From: the human T2T-CHM13v2.0 reference genome, Homo sapiens
NCBI RefSeq assembly: GCF_009914755.1
Contig: NC_060939.1
Direction: 5' to 3' (one strand)
DNA: 64,000 nt
Under the pieces are notes generated by a model. The model had not been told where the DNA came from. It ran no database searches and saw only the letters and a program-made list of their open reading frames with translations. Each line of letters opens with the position of its first letter. Positions within the stretch are counted from its first letter, which is position 1. Positions 11,701 through 26,700 of this stretch are shown here, piece after piece. The position numbers were made by a program, and so were the translations under genes.

Positions 11701-14700
11701 CGTTCGATTACATTATATTCGAATAAGTTCCATTCAAGACCATTTCTTTTGAGTCCATTCTATTTGAGTCCATTCCCTTTGATTCCATAACATTTGAGTC
11801 CATTCAATTCCATTCCTTTCGTTTCCATTCCATTTGATGCCATTCCATTCAATTCTGTTCTACTCGACTCCAATACATTCAATTCCATTCCATCCGATTC
11901 CATTACATTCTTTTCATTTCTTATCCATTTCAAGCCATTCCACTCCATTCCATTCCACTCGTTTCCTTTCCATTCGAGTCCATTCCTCTCCAGTCCATTC
12001 CGTTCAATCCATTCCATTCCATTCGAGTCCGTTCCATTCCAGTCCATTCCATTCGAGTCAATTCCATTCCATTCGATGTCTTTCCATAACGATCCATTCC
12101 ATTCTATTCCTTTCGATTCCATTCCATTCTATTTCATTCCATTCGATTCCCTTCCATTGGACTCCTTTCCATTCGAGTGCATTCCATTCCGTTCCATTTC
12201 TTTCCGTTCTGTACGATTCCTACCGTTCGATTTCATTTTGTTCCAGTCCATTCCTTTCGCGTCCATTCCATTCCATTTCACTCCATTCGATTCCATTCCA
12301 CTCGATTCCACTTCGTTCCATTTCATTGCATTCCATTCTATTTAACTCTATTGCCTTCCATTCCATTCCATTCGATTACATTCCATGCGATTCCATTCGA
12401 AATCGAATCAATTACATTGCAATCCATTACTATTGAGTCCGTTTTATTCCAGTCCACTGCATTCTGGTCCATTCCATTTGATTCCATTCCATTCTATTCC
12501 ATTCCATACAGTTGCATTCCATTGGATTCCATTCTATATCTTTAAATTCAATTCGAGACCATTGCTTTTGAGTCCATTCTATATGATTCCATTCCATTGA
12601 AGTCCATTACATTTGGTTCAATTCCATTCCATTCCATTCCCTTCCATTCCATTCCAATTGATATCAGTCCATTCGATTCCATTCCATTCGAGCACATTCC
12701 ATTCGAGTCCATTCCATTCGATGCCATTCCATTTGATTCTATTCCATTAGTCTCCATTCAATTCCATTAATCTCCATTCCATTCCATTCTACTCCAACTG
12801 ATTCCATTCCATTCTATTCCTTTCCATTCCATTTCATACCATTCCATTCCATTTCATTCCATTCCATTCCATTCGTGTCCTTTCCACTCCAGTCCATTCC
12901 ATTCGTGTCCATTCCATTCCAGTCCATTACATTTGTGTCCACTGCATTCCATTCCACTCCATTCCATATTATTCCATTACACTCCATTCCATTCTATTAC
13001 TTTCATTTCCATTCAATTCCATTCCATTTGATTCCATTCCACTTGGTTTCATTCCATTTGAGTCCACTCCATTCCATTTCATTCCATTCCATTCAGTTCC
13101 ATTCCATTCTGTTCCAATCCATTCCATTCCATTGCATTCCATTCCATTCGGTACCATTCCATATTGTTCCATTCGATTCCATTCGAATCCATTCCATTCC
13201 AGTCCATTCCATTCGATTCCATTCCATTCCTTTACATTCCATTCCATTCCATTCCATTCCATTCCACTTGATTCCACTCCATTCCCTTCCACTGCATTCC
13301 ATTCGATTCCATTCCATTGCATTGCATTCCATTCCATTGGACTGCATTCCATTCGATCCCATTCCTTTCGAATCAATTACATAGCAATCCATTACATTCG
13401 AGTCTATTCTATTCCGTTCCATTCGATTTCGTTCCAATCCATTCGATTCCATTCCATTCGATTCCATTCCATACTATTGCATTCCATTCTATTACATTAT
13501 ATTCGAATAAGTTCCATTCAAGACCATTTCTTTTGAGTCCATTCTATTTGAGTCCATTTCCTTTGATTCCATAACATTTGAGTCCATTCAATTCCATTCC
13601 TTTCGTTTCCATTCCATTTGATGCCATTCCATTCAATTCTGTTCTACTCGACTCCAATACATTCAATTCCATTCCATCCGATTCCATTACATTCTTTTCA
13701 TTTCTTATCCATTTCAAGCCATTCCACTCCATTCCATTCCACTCGTTTCCTTTCCATTCGAGTCCATTCCTCTCCAGTCCATTCCGTTCAATCCATTCCA
13801 TTCCAGTCCATTCCATTCGAGTCCGTTCCATTCCAGTCCATTCCATTCGAGTCAATTCCATTCCATTCGATGTCTTTCCATAACGATCCATTCCATTCTA
13901 TTCCTTTCGATTCCATTCCATTCTATTTCATTCCATTCGATTCCCTTCCATTGGACTCCTTTCCATTCGAGTGCATTCCATTCCGTTCCATTTCTTTCCG
14001 TTCTGTACGATTCCTACCGTTCGATTTCATTTTGTTCCAGTCATTTCCTTTCGCGTCCATTCCATTCCTTTTCACTCCATTCGATTCCATTCCACTCGAT
14101 TCCACTTCGTTCCATTTCATTGCATTCCATTCTATTCAACTCTATTGCCTTCCATTCCATTCCATTCGATTACATTCCATGCGATTCCATTCGAAATCGA
14201 ATCAATTACATTGCAATCCATTACTATTGAGTCCGTTTTATTCCAGTCCACTGCATTCTGGTCCATACCATTTGATTCCATTCCATTCTATTCCATTCCA
14301 TACAGTTGCATTCCATTGGATTCCATGCTATATCTATAAATTCAATTCGAGACCATTGCTTTTGAGTCAATTCTATATGATTCCATTCCATTCAAGTCCA
14401 TTACATTTGGTTAAATTCCATTCCATTCGGTTCAATTCCATTCCATTCCATTCCCTTCCATTCCATTCCAGTTGATATCAATCCATTCGATTCCATTCCT
14501 TTCGAGCACATTCCATTCGAGTCCATTCCATTCGATGCCATTCCATTTGATTCTATTCCATTAGTCTCCATTCAATTCCATTAATCTCCATTCCATTCCA
14601 TTCTACTCCAACTGATTCCATTCCATTCTGTTCCTTTCCATTCCATTTCATTCCATTCCATTCCATTCCATTCCATTCCATTCCATTCTTGTCCATTCCA

Positions 14701-16451
14701 CTCCAGTCCATTCCATTCGTGTCCATTCCATTCCAGTCCATTCCATTTGTGTCCACTGCATTCCATTCCACTCCATTCCATATTATTCCATTACACTCCA
14801 TTCCATTCTATTACTTTCATTTCCATTCAATTCCATTCCATTTGATTCCATTCCACTCGGTTTCATTCCATTTGAGTCCACTCCATTCCATTCCATTCCA
14901 TTCCATTCAGTTCCATTCCATTCTGTTCCATTCCATTCCGTTCCATTACATTCCATTCCATTCGGTACCATTCCATATTGTTCCATTCGATTCCATTCGA
15001 ATCCATTCCATTCCAGTCCATTCCATTCGATTCCATTCCATTCATTTCAATTCCATTCCATTCCATTCCATTCCATTCCACTTGATTCCTCTCCATTCCC
15101 TTCCACTGCATTCCGTTCGATTCCATTCCATTGCATTGCATTCCATTCCATTGGATTGCATTCCATTCGAATCCATTCCATTCGAATCAATTACATAGCA
15201 ATCCATTACATTCGAGTCTATTCTCTTCCGTTCCATTCGATTTCGTTCCAATCCATTCGATTCCATTCCATTCGATTCCATTCCATACTATTGCATTCCA
15301 TTCGATTACATTATATTCGAATAAGTTCCATTCAAGACCATTTCTTTTGAGTCCATTCTATTTGAGTCCATTCCCTTTGATTCCATAACATTTGAGTCCA
15401 TTCAATTCCATTCCTTTCGTTTCCATTCCATTTGATGCCATTCCATTCAATTCTGTTCTACTCGACTCCAATACATTCAATTCCATTCCATCCGATTCCA
15501 TTACATTCTTTTCATTTCTTATCCATTTCAAGCCATTCCACTCCATTCCATTCCACTCGTTTCCTTTCCATTCGAGTCCATTCCTCTCCAGTCCATTCCG
15601 TTCAATCCATTCCATTCCAGTCCATTCCATTCGAGTCCGTTCCATTCCAGTCCATTCCATTCGAGTCAATTCCATTCCATTCGATGTCTTTCCATAACGA
15701 TCCATTCCATTCTATTCCTTTCGATTCCATTCCATTCTATTTCATTCCATTCGATTCCCTTCCATTGGACTCCTTTCCATTCGAGTGCATTCCATTCCGT
15801 TCCATTTCTTTCCGTTCTGTACGATTCCTACCGTTCGATTTCATTTTGTTCCAGTCCATTCTTTCGCGTCCATTCCATTCCATTTCACTCCATTCGATTC
15901 CATTCCACTCGATTCCACTTCGTTCCATTTCATTGCATTCCATTCTATTCAACTCTATTGCCTTCCATTCCATTCCATTCGATTACATTCCATGCGATTC
16001 CATTCGAAATCGAATCAATTACATTGCAATCCATTACTATTGAGTCCGTTTTATTCCAGTCCACTGCATTCTGGTCCATTCCATTTGATTCCATTCCATT
16101 CTATTCCATTCCATACAGTTGCATTCCATTGGATTCCATGCTATATCTATAAATTCAATTCGAGACCATTGCTTTTGAGTCCATTCTATATGATTCCATT
16201 CCATTCAAGTCCATTACATTTGGTTCAATTCCATTCCATTCGGTTCAATTCCATTCCATTCCATTCCCTTCCATTCCATTCCAGTTGATATCAATCCATT
16301 CGATTCCATTCCATTCGAGCACATTCCATTCGAGTCCATTCCATTCGATGCCATTCCATTTGATTCTATTCCATTAGTCTCCATTCAATTCCATTAATCT
16401 CCATTCCATTCCATTCTACTCCAACTGATTCCATTCCATTCTATTCCTTTC

Positions 16452-16501
16452 CATTCCATTCCATTCCATTCCATTCCATTCCATTCCATTCCATTCCATT
16501 C
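16452..16501 (+). repeat. Perfect (CATTC)10 microsatellite tract
   Basis: Ten uninterrupted pentamers upstream of the GTGTCC motif. Similar tracts lie at 7438-7487 (10 copies) and 18260-18304 (9 copies). Most units have this tract interrupted by CATTT. Confidence 0.85.
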
Positions 16502-19500
16502 GTGTCCATTCCACTCCAGTCCATTCCATTCGTATCCATTCCATTCCAGTCCATTCCATTTGTGTCCACTGCATTCCATTCCACTCCATTCCATATTATT
16601 CCATTACACTCCATTCCATTCTATTACTTTCATTTCCATTCAATTCCATTCCATTTGATTCCATTGCACTCGGTTTCATTCCATTTGAGTCCACTCCATT
16701 CCATTCCATTCCATTCAGTTCCATTCCATTCTGTTCCATTCCATTCCGTTCCATTACATTCCATTCCATTCGGTACCATTCCATATTGTTCCATTCGATT
16801 CCATTCGAATCCATTCCATTCCAGTCCATTCCATTCGATTCCATTCCATTCATTTCAATTCCATTCCATTGCATTCCATTACATTCCACTTGATTCCTCT
16901 CCATTCCCTTCCACTGCATTCCGTTCGATTCCATTCCATTGCATTGCATTCCATTCCATTGGATTGCATTCCATTCGATTCCATTCCATTCGAATCAATT
17001 ACATAGCAATCCATTACATTCGAGTCTATTCTCTTCCGTTCCATTCGATTTCGTTCCAATCCATTCGATTCCATTCCATTCGATTCCATTCCATACTATT
17101 GCATTCCATTCGATTACATTATATTCGAATAAGTTCCATTCAAGACCATTTCTTTTGAGTCCATTCTATTTGAGTCCATTCCCTTTGATTCCATAACATT
17201 TGAGTCCATTCAATTCCATTCCTTTCGTTTCCATTCCATTTGATGCCATTCCATTCAATTCTGTTCTACTCGACTCCAATACATTCAATTCCATTCCATC
17301 CGATTCCATTACATTCTTTTCATTTCTTATCCATTTCAAGCCATTCCACTCCATTCCATTCCACTCGTTTCCTTTCCATTCGAGTCCATTCCTCTCCAGT
17401 CCATTCCGTTCAATCCATTCCATTCCAGTCCATTCCATTCGAGTCCGTTCCATTCCAGTCCATTCCATTCGAGTCAATTCCATTCCATTCGATGTCTTTC
17501 CATAACGATCCATTCCATTCTATTCCTTTCGATTCCATTCCATTCTATTTCATTCCATTCGATTCCCTTCCATTGGACTCCTTTCCATTCGAGTGCATTC
17601 CATTCCGTTCCATTTCTTTCCGTTCTGTACGATTCCTACCGTTCGATTTCATTTTGTTCCAGTCCATTCTTTCGCGTCCATTCCATTCCATTTCACTCCA
17701 TTCGATTCCATTCCACTCGATTCCACTTCGTTCCATTTCATTGCATTCCATTCTATTCAACTCTATTGCCTTCCATTCCATTCCATTCGATTACATTCCA
17801 TGCGATTCCATTCGAAATCGAATCAATTACATTGCAATCCATTACTATTGAGTCCGTTTTATTCCAGTCCACTGCATTCTGGTCCATTCCATTTGATTCC
17901 ATTCCATTCTATTCCATTCCATACAGTTGCATTCCATTGGATTCCATGCTATATCTATAAATTCAATTCGAGACCATTGCTTTTGAGTCCATTCTATATG
18001 ATTCCATTCCATTCAAGTCCATTACATTTGGTTCAATTCCATTCCATTCGGTTCAATTCCATTCCATTCCATTCCCTTCCATTCCATTCCAGTTGATATC
18101 AATCCATTCGATTCCATTCCATTCGAGCACATTCCATTCGAGTCCATTCCATTCGATGCCATTCCATTTGATTCTATTCCATTAGTCTCCATTCAATTCC
18201 ATTAATCTCCATTCCATTCCATTCTACTCCAACTGATTCCATTCCATTCTATTCCTTTCCATTCCATTCCATTCCATTCCATTCCATTCCATTCCATTCC
18301 ATTCGTGTCCATTCCACTCCAGTCCATTCCATTCGTATCCATTCCATTCCAGTCCATTCCATTTGTGTCCACTGCATTCCATTCCACTCCATTCCATATT
18401 ATTCCATTACACTCCATTCCATTCTATTACTTTCATTTCCATTCAATTCCATTCCATTTGATTCCATTCCACTCGGTTTCATTCCATTTGAGTCCACTCC
18501 ATTCCATTCCATTCCATTCAGTTCCATTCCATTCTGTTCCATTCCATTCCGTTCCATTACATTCCATTCCATTCGGTACCATTCCATATTGTTCCATTCG
18601 ATTCCATTCGAATCCATTCCATTCCAGTCCATTCCATTCGATTCCATTCCATTCCTTTCAATTCCATTCCATTCCATTCCATTCCACTTGATTCCACTCC
18701 ATTCCCTTCCACTGCATTCCATTCGATTCCATTCCATTGCATTGCATTCCATTCCATTGGATTGCATTCCATTCGATTCCATTCCATTCGAATCAATTAC
18801 ATAGCAATCCATTACATTCGAGTCTATTCTATTCCGTTCCATTCGATTTCGTTCCAATCCATTCGATTCCATTCCATTCGATTCCATTCCATACTATTGC
18901 ATTCCATTCGATTATATTATATTCGAATAAGTTCCATTCAAGACCATTTCTTTTGAGTCCATTCTATTTGAGTCCATTCCCTTTGATTCCATAACATTTG
19001 AGTCCATTCAATTCCATTCCTTTCGTTTCCATTCCATTTGATGCCATTCCATTCAATTCTGTTCTACTTGACTCCAATACATTCAATTCCATTCCATCCG
19101 ATTCCATTACATTCTTTTCATTTCTTATCCATTTCAAGCCATTCCACTCCATTCCATTCCACTCGTTTCCTTTCCATTCGAGTCCATTCCTCTCCAGTCC
19201 ATTCCGTTCAATCCATTCCATTCCAGTCCATTCCATTCGAGTCCGTTCCATTCCAATCCAATCCATTCGAGTCAATTCCATCCCATTCGATGTCTTTCCA
19301 TAACGATCCATTCCATTCTATTCCTTTCGATTCCATTCCATTCTATTTCATTCCATTCGATTCCCTTCCATTGGACTCCTTTCCATTCGAGTGCATTCCA
19401 TTCCGTTCCATTTCTTTCCGTTCTGTACGATTCCTACCGTTCGATTTCATTTTGTTCCAGTCCATTCCTTTCGCGTCCATTCCATTCCATTTCACTCCAT

Positions 19501-20756
19501 TCGATTCCATTCCACTCGATTCCACTTCGTTCCATTTCATTGCATTCCATTCTATTCAACTCTATTGCCTTCCATTCCATTCCATTCGATTACATTCCAT
19601 GCGATTCCATTCGAAATCGAATCAATTACATTGCAATCCATTACTATTGAGTCCGTTTTATTCCAGTCCACTGCATTCTGGTCCATTCCATTTGATTCCA
19701 TTCCATTTTATTCCATTCCATACAGTTGCATTCCATTGGATTCCATGCTATATCTATAAATTCAATTCGAGACCATTGCTTTTGAGTCCATTCTATATGT
19801 TTCCATTCCATTCAAGTTCATTACATTTGGTTCAATTCCATTCCATTCCATTCCCCTCCATTCCATTCCAGTTGATATCAATCCATTCGATTCCATTCCA
19901 TTCGAGCACATTCCATTCGAGTCCATTCCATTCGATGCCATTCCATTTGATTCTATTCCATTAGTCTCCATTCAATTCCATTAATCTCCATTCCATTCCA
20001 TTCTACTCCAACTGATTCCATTCCATTCTATTCCTTTCCATTCCATTTCATTCCATTCCATTCCATTCGCTTCCATTCCATTCGTGTCCATTCCACTCCA
20101 GTCCATTCCATTTGTGTCCACTGCATTCCATTCCACTCCATTCCATATTATTCCATTACACTCCATTCCATTCTATTACTTTCATTTCCATTCAATTCCA
20201 TTCCATTTGATTCCATTCCACTCGGTTTCATTCCATTTGAGTCCACTCCATTCCATTCCATTCCATTCCATTCCATTCAGTTCCATTCCATTCTGTTCCA
20301 TTCCATTCCGTTCCATTGCATTCCATTCCATTCGGTACCATTCCATATTGTTCCATTCGATTCCATTCGAATCCATTCCATTCCAGTCCATTCCATTCGA
20401 TTCCATTCCATTCCTTTCAATTCCATTCCATTCCATTCCATTCCACTTGATTCCACTCCATTCCCTTCCACTGCATTCCATTCGATTCCATTCCATTGCA
20501 TTGCATTCCATTCCATTGGACTGCATTCCATTCGATTCCATTCCATTCGAATCAATTACATAGCAATCCATTACATTCGAGTCTATTCTATTCCGTTCCA
20601 TTCGATTTCGTTCCAATCCATTCGATTCCATTCCATTCGATTCCATTCCATACTATTGCATTCCATTCGATTACATTATATTCGAATAAGTTCCATTCAA
20701 GACCATTTCTTTTGAGTCCATTCTATTTGAGTCCATTCCCTTTGATTCCATAACAT

Positions 20757-23700
20757 TTGAGTCCATTCAATTCCATTCCTTTCGTTTCCATTCCATTTGA
20801 TGCCATTCCATTCAATTCTGTTCTACTCGACTCCAATACATTCAATTCCATTCCATCCGATTCCATTACATTCTTTTCATTTCTTATCCATTTCAAGCCA
20901 TTCCACTCCATTCCATTCCACTCGTTTCCTTTCCATTCGAGTCCATTCCTCTCCAGTCCATTCCGTTCAATCCATTCCATTCCAGTCCATTCCATTCGAG
21001 TCCGTTCCATTCCAGTCCATTCCATTCGAGTCAATTCCATCCCATTCGATATCTTTCCATAACGATCCATTCCATTCTATTCCTTTCGATTCCATTCCAT
21101 TCTATTTCATTCCATTCGATTCCCTTCCATTGGACTCCTTTCCATTCGAGTGCATTCCATTCCGTTCCATTTCTTTCCGTTCTGTACGATTCCTACCGTT
21201 CGATTTCATTTTGTTCCAGTCCATTCCTTTCGCGTCCATTCCATTCCATTTCACTCCATTCGATTCCATTCCACTCGATTCCACTTCGTTCCATTTCATT
21301 GCATTCCATTCTATTCAACTCTATTGCCTTCCATTCCATTCCATTCGATTACATTCCATGCGATTCCATTCGAAATCGAATCAATTAAATTGCAATCCAT
21401 TACTATTGAGTCCGTTTTATTCCAGTCCACTGCATTCTGGTCCATTCCATTTGATTCCATTCCATTCTATTCCATTCCATACAGTTGCATTCCATTGGAT
21501 TCCATGCTATATCTATAAATTCAATTCGAGACCATTGCTTTTGAGTCCATTCTATATGATTCCATTCCATTCAAGTCCATTACATTTGGTTCAATTCCAT
21601 TCCATTCCATTCCCTTCCATTCCATTCCAGTTGATATCAATCCATTCGATTCCATTCCATTCGAGCACATTCCATTCGAGTCCATTCCATTCGATGCCAT
21701 TCCATTTGATTCTATTCCATTAGTCTCCATTCAATTCCATTAATCTCCATTCCATTCCATTCTACTCCAACTGATTCCATTCCATTCTATTCTTTCCATT
21801 CCATTTCATTCCATTCCATTCCATTTCATTCCATTCCATTCCATTCGTGTCCATTCCACTCCAGTCCATTCCATTCGTGTCCATTCCATTCCAGTCCATT
21901 CCATTTGTGTCCACTGCATTCCATTCCACTCCATTCCATATTATTCCATTACACTCCATTCCATTCTATTACTTTCATTTCCATTCAATTCCATTCCATT
22001 TGATTCCATTCCACTCGGTTTCATTCCATTTGAGTCCACTCCATTCCATTCCATTCCATTCCATTCAGTTCCATTCCATTCTGTTCCATTCCATTCCGTT
22101 CCATTACATTCCATTCCATTCGGTACCATTCCATATTGTTCCATTCGATTCCATTCGAATCCATTCCATTCCAGTCCATTCCATTCGATTCCATTCCATT
22201 CATTTCAATTCCATTCCATTCCATTCCATTACATTCCACTTGATTCCTCTCCATTCCCTTCCACTGCATTCCGTTCGATTCCATTCCATTGCATTGCATT
22301 CCATTCCATTGGATTGCATTCCATTCGATTCCATTCCATTCGAATCAATTACATTGCAACCCATTACATTCGAGTCTATTCTCTTCCGTTCCATTCGATT
22401 TCGTTCCAATCCATTCGATTCCATTCCATTCGATTCCATTCCATACTATTGCATTCCATTCGATTACATTATATTCGAATAAGTTCCATTCAAGACCATT
22501 TCTTTTGAGTCCATTCTATTTGAGTCCATTCCCTTTGATTCCATAACATTTGAGTCCATTCAATTCCATTCCTTTCGTTTGCATTCCATTTGATGCCATT
22601 CCATTCAATTCTGTTCTACTCGACTCCAATACATTCAATTCCATTCCATCCGATTCCATTACATTCTTTTCATTTCTTATCCATTTCAAGCCATTCCACT
22701 CCATTCCATTCCACTCGTTTCCTTTCCATTCGAGTCCATTCCTCTCCAGTCCATTCCGTTCAATCCATTCCATTCCAGTCCATTCCATTCGAGTCCGTTC
22801 CATTCCAGTCCATTCCATTCGAGTCAAATCCATCCCATTCGATGTCTTTCCATAACGATCCATTCCATTCTATTCCTTTCGATTCCATTCCATTCTATTT
22901 CATTCCATTCGATTCCCTTCCATTGGACTCCTTTCCATTCGAGTGCATTCCATTCCGTTCCATTTCTTTCCGTTCTGTACGATTCCTACCGTTCGATTTC
23001 ATTTTGTTCCAGTCCATTCCTTTCGCGTCCATTCCATTCCATTTCACTCCATTCGATTCCATTCCACTCGATTCCACTTCGTTCCATTTCATTGCATTCC
23101 ATTCTATTCAACTCTATTGCCTTCCATTCCATTCCATTCGATTACATTCCATGCGATTCCATTCGAAATCGAATCAATTACATTGCAATCCATTACTATT
23201 GAGTCCGTTTTATTCCAGTCCACTGCATTCTGGTCCATTCCATTTGATTCCATTCCATTTTATTCCATTCCATACAGTTGCATTCCATTGGATTCCATGC
23301 TATATCTATAAATTCAATTCGAGACCATTGCTTTTGAGTCCATTCTATATGTTTCCATTCCATTCAAGTCCATTACATTTGGTTCAATTCCATTCCATTC
23401 CATTCCCCTCCATTCCATTCCAGTTGATATCAATCCGTTCGATTCCATTCCATTCGAGCACATTCCATTCGAGTCCATTCCATTCGATGAAATTCCATTT
23501 GATTCTATTCCATTAGTCTCCATTCAATTCCATTAATCTCCATTCCATTCCATTCTACTCCAACTGATTCCATTCCATTCTATTCCTTTCCATTCCATTT
23601 CATTCCATTCCATTCCATTTCATTCCATTCCATTCCATTCGCTTCCATTCCATTCGTGTCCATTCCACTCCAGTCCATTCCATTCGTGTCCATTCCATTC

Positions 23701-26700
23701 CAGTCCATTCCATTTGTGTCCACTGCATTCCATTCCACTCCATTCCATATTATTCCATTACACTCCATTCCATTCTATTACTTTCATTTCCATTCAATTC
23801 CATTCCATTTGATTCCATTCCACTCGGTTTCATTCCATTTGAGTCCACTCCATTCCATTCCATTCCATTCCATTCCATTCAGTTCCATTCCATTCTGTTC
23901 CATTCCATTCCGTTCCATTGCATTCCATTCCATTCGGTACCATTCCATATTGTTCCATTCGATTCCATTCGAATCCATTCCATTCCAGTCCATTCCATTC
24001 GATTCCATTCCATTCCTTTCAATTCCATTCCATTCCATTCCATTCCACTTGATTCCACTCCATTCCCTTCCACTGCATTCCATTCGATTCCATTCCATTG
24101 CATTGCATTCCATTCCATTGGACTGCATTCCATTCGATTCCATTCCATTCGAATCAATTACATAGCAATCCATTACATTCGAGTCTATTCTATTCCGTTC
24201 CATTCGATTTCGTTCCAATCCATTCGATTCCATTCCATTCGATTCCATTCCATACTATTGCATTCCATTCGATTACATTATATTCGAATAAGTTCCATTC
24301 AAGACCATTTCTTTTGAGTCCATTCTATTTGAGTCCATTCCCTTTGATTCCATAACATTTGAGTCCATTCAATTCCATTCCTTTCGTTTCCATTCCATTT
24401 GATGCCATTCCATTCAATTCTGTTCTACTCGACTCCAATACATTCAATTCCATTCCATCCGATTCCATTACATTCTTTTCATTTCTTATCCATTTCAAGC
24501 CATTCCACTCCATTCCATTCCACTCGTTTCCTTTCCATTCGAGTCCATTCCTCTCCAGTCCATTCCGTTCAATCCATTCCATTCCAGTCCATTCCATTCG
24601 AGTCCGTTCCATTCCAGTCCATTCCATTCGAGTCAATTCCATCCCATTCGATGTCTTTCCATAACGATCCATTCCATTCTATTCCTTTCGATTCCATTCC
24701 ATTCTATTTCATTCCATTCGATTCCCTTCCATTGGACTCCTTTCCATTCGAGTGCATTCCATTCCATTCCATTTCTTTCCGTTCTGTACGATTCCTACCG
24801 TTCGATTTCATTTTGTTCCAGTCCATTCCTTTCGCGTCCATTCCATTCCATTTCACTCCATTCGATTCCATTCCACTCGATTCCACTTCGTTCCATTTCA
24901 TTGCATTCCATTCTATTCAACTCTATTGCCTTCCATTCCATTCCATTCGATTACATTCCATGCGATTCCATTCGAAATCGAATCAATTAAATTGCAATCC
25001 ATTACTATTGAGTCCGTTTTATTCCAGTCCACTGCATTCTGGTCCATTCCATTTGATTCCATTCCATTCTATTCCATTCCATACAGTTGCATTCCATTGG
25101 ATTCCATGCTATATCTATAAATTCAATTCGAGACCATTGCTTTTGAGTCCATTCTATATGATTCCATTCCATTAAAGTCCATTACATTTGGTTCAATTCC
25201 ATTCCATTCCATTCCCTTCCATTCCATTCCAGTTGATATCAATCCATTCGATTCCATTCCATTCGAGCACATTCCATTCGAGTCCATTCCATTCGATGCC
25301 ATTCCATTTGATTCTATTCCATTAGTCTCCATTCAATTCCATTAATCTCCATTCCATTCCATTCTACTCCAACTGATTCCATTCCATTCTATTCTTTCCA
25401 TTCCATTTCATTCCATTCCATTCCATTTCATTCCATTCCATTCCATTCGTGTCCATTCCACTCCAGTCCATTCCATTCGTGTCCATTCCATTCCAGTCCA
25501 TTCCATTTGTGTCCACTGCATTCCATTCCACTCCATTCCATATTATTCCATTACACTCCATTCCATTCTATTACTTTCATTTCCATTCAATTCCATTCCA
25601 TTTGATTCCATTCCACTCGGTTTCATTCCATTTGAGTCCACTCCATTCCATTCCATTCCATTCCATTCAGTTCCATTCCATTCTGTTCCATTCCATTCCG
25701 TTCCATTACATTCCATTCCATTCGGTACCATTCCATATTGTTCCATTCGATTCCATTCGAATCCATTCCATTCCAGTCCATTCCATTCTATTCCATTCCA
25801 TTCATTTCAATTCCATTCCATTCCATTCCATTACATTCCACTTGATTCCTCTCCATTCCCTTCCACTGCATTCCGTTCGATTCCATTCCATTGCATTGCA
25901 TTCCATTCCATTGGATTGCATTCCATTCGATTCCATTCCATTCGAATCAATTACATTGCAACCCATTACATTCGAGTCTATTCTCTTCCGTTCCATTCGA
26001 TTTCGTTCCAATCCATTCGATTCCATTCCATTCGATTCCATTCCATACTATTGCATTCCATTCGATTACATTATATTCGAATAAGTTCCATTCAAGACCA
26101 TTTCTTTTGAGTCCATTCTATTTGAGTCCATTCCCTTTGATTCCATAACATTTGAGTCCATTCAATTCCATTCCTTTCGTTTGCATTCCATTTGATGCCA
26201 TTCCATTCAATTCTGTTCTACTCGACTCCAATACATTCAATTCCATTCCATCCGATTCCATTACATTCTTTTCATTTCTTATCCATTTCAAGCCATTCCA
26301 CTCCATTCCATTCCACTCGTTTCCTTTCCATTCGAGTCCATTCCTCTCCAGTCCATTCCGTTCAATCCATTCCATTCCAGTCCATTCCATTCGAGTCCGT
26401 TCCATTCCAGTCCATTCCATTCGAGTCAAATCCATCCCATTCGATGTCTTTCCATAACGATCCATTCCATTCTATTCCTTTCGATTCCATTCCATTCTAT
26501 TTCATTCCATTCGATTCCCTTCCATTGGACTCCTTTCCATTCGAGTGCATTCCATTCCGTTCCATTTCTTTCCGTTCTGTACGATTCCTACCGTTCGATT
26601 TCATTTTGTTCCAGTCCATTCCTTTCGCGTCCATTCCATTCCATTTCACTCCATTCGATTCCATTCCACTCGATTCCACTTCGTTCCATTTCATTGCATT

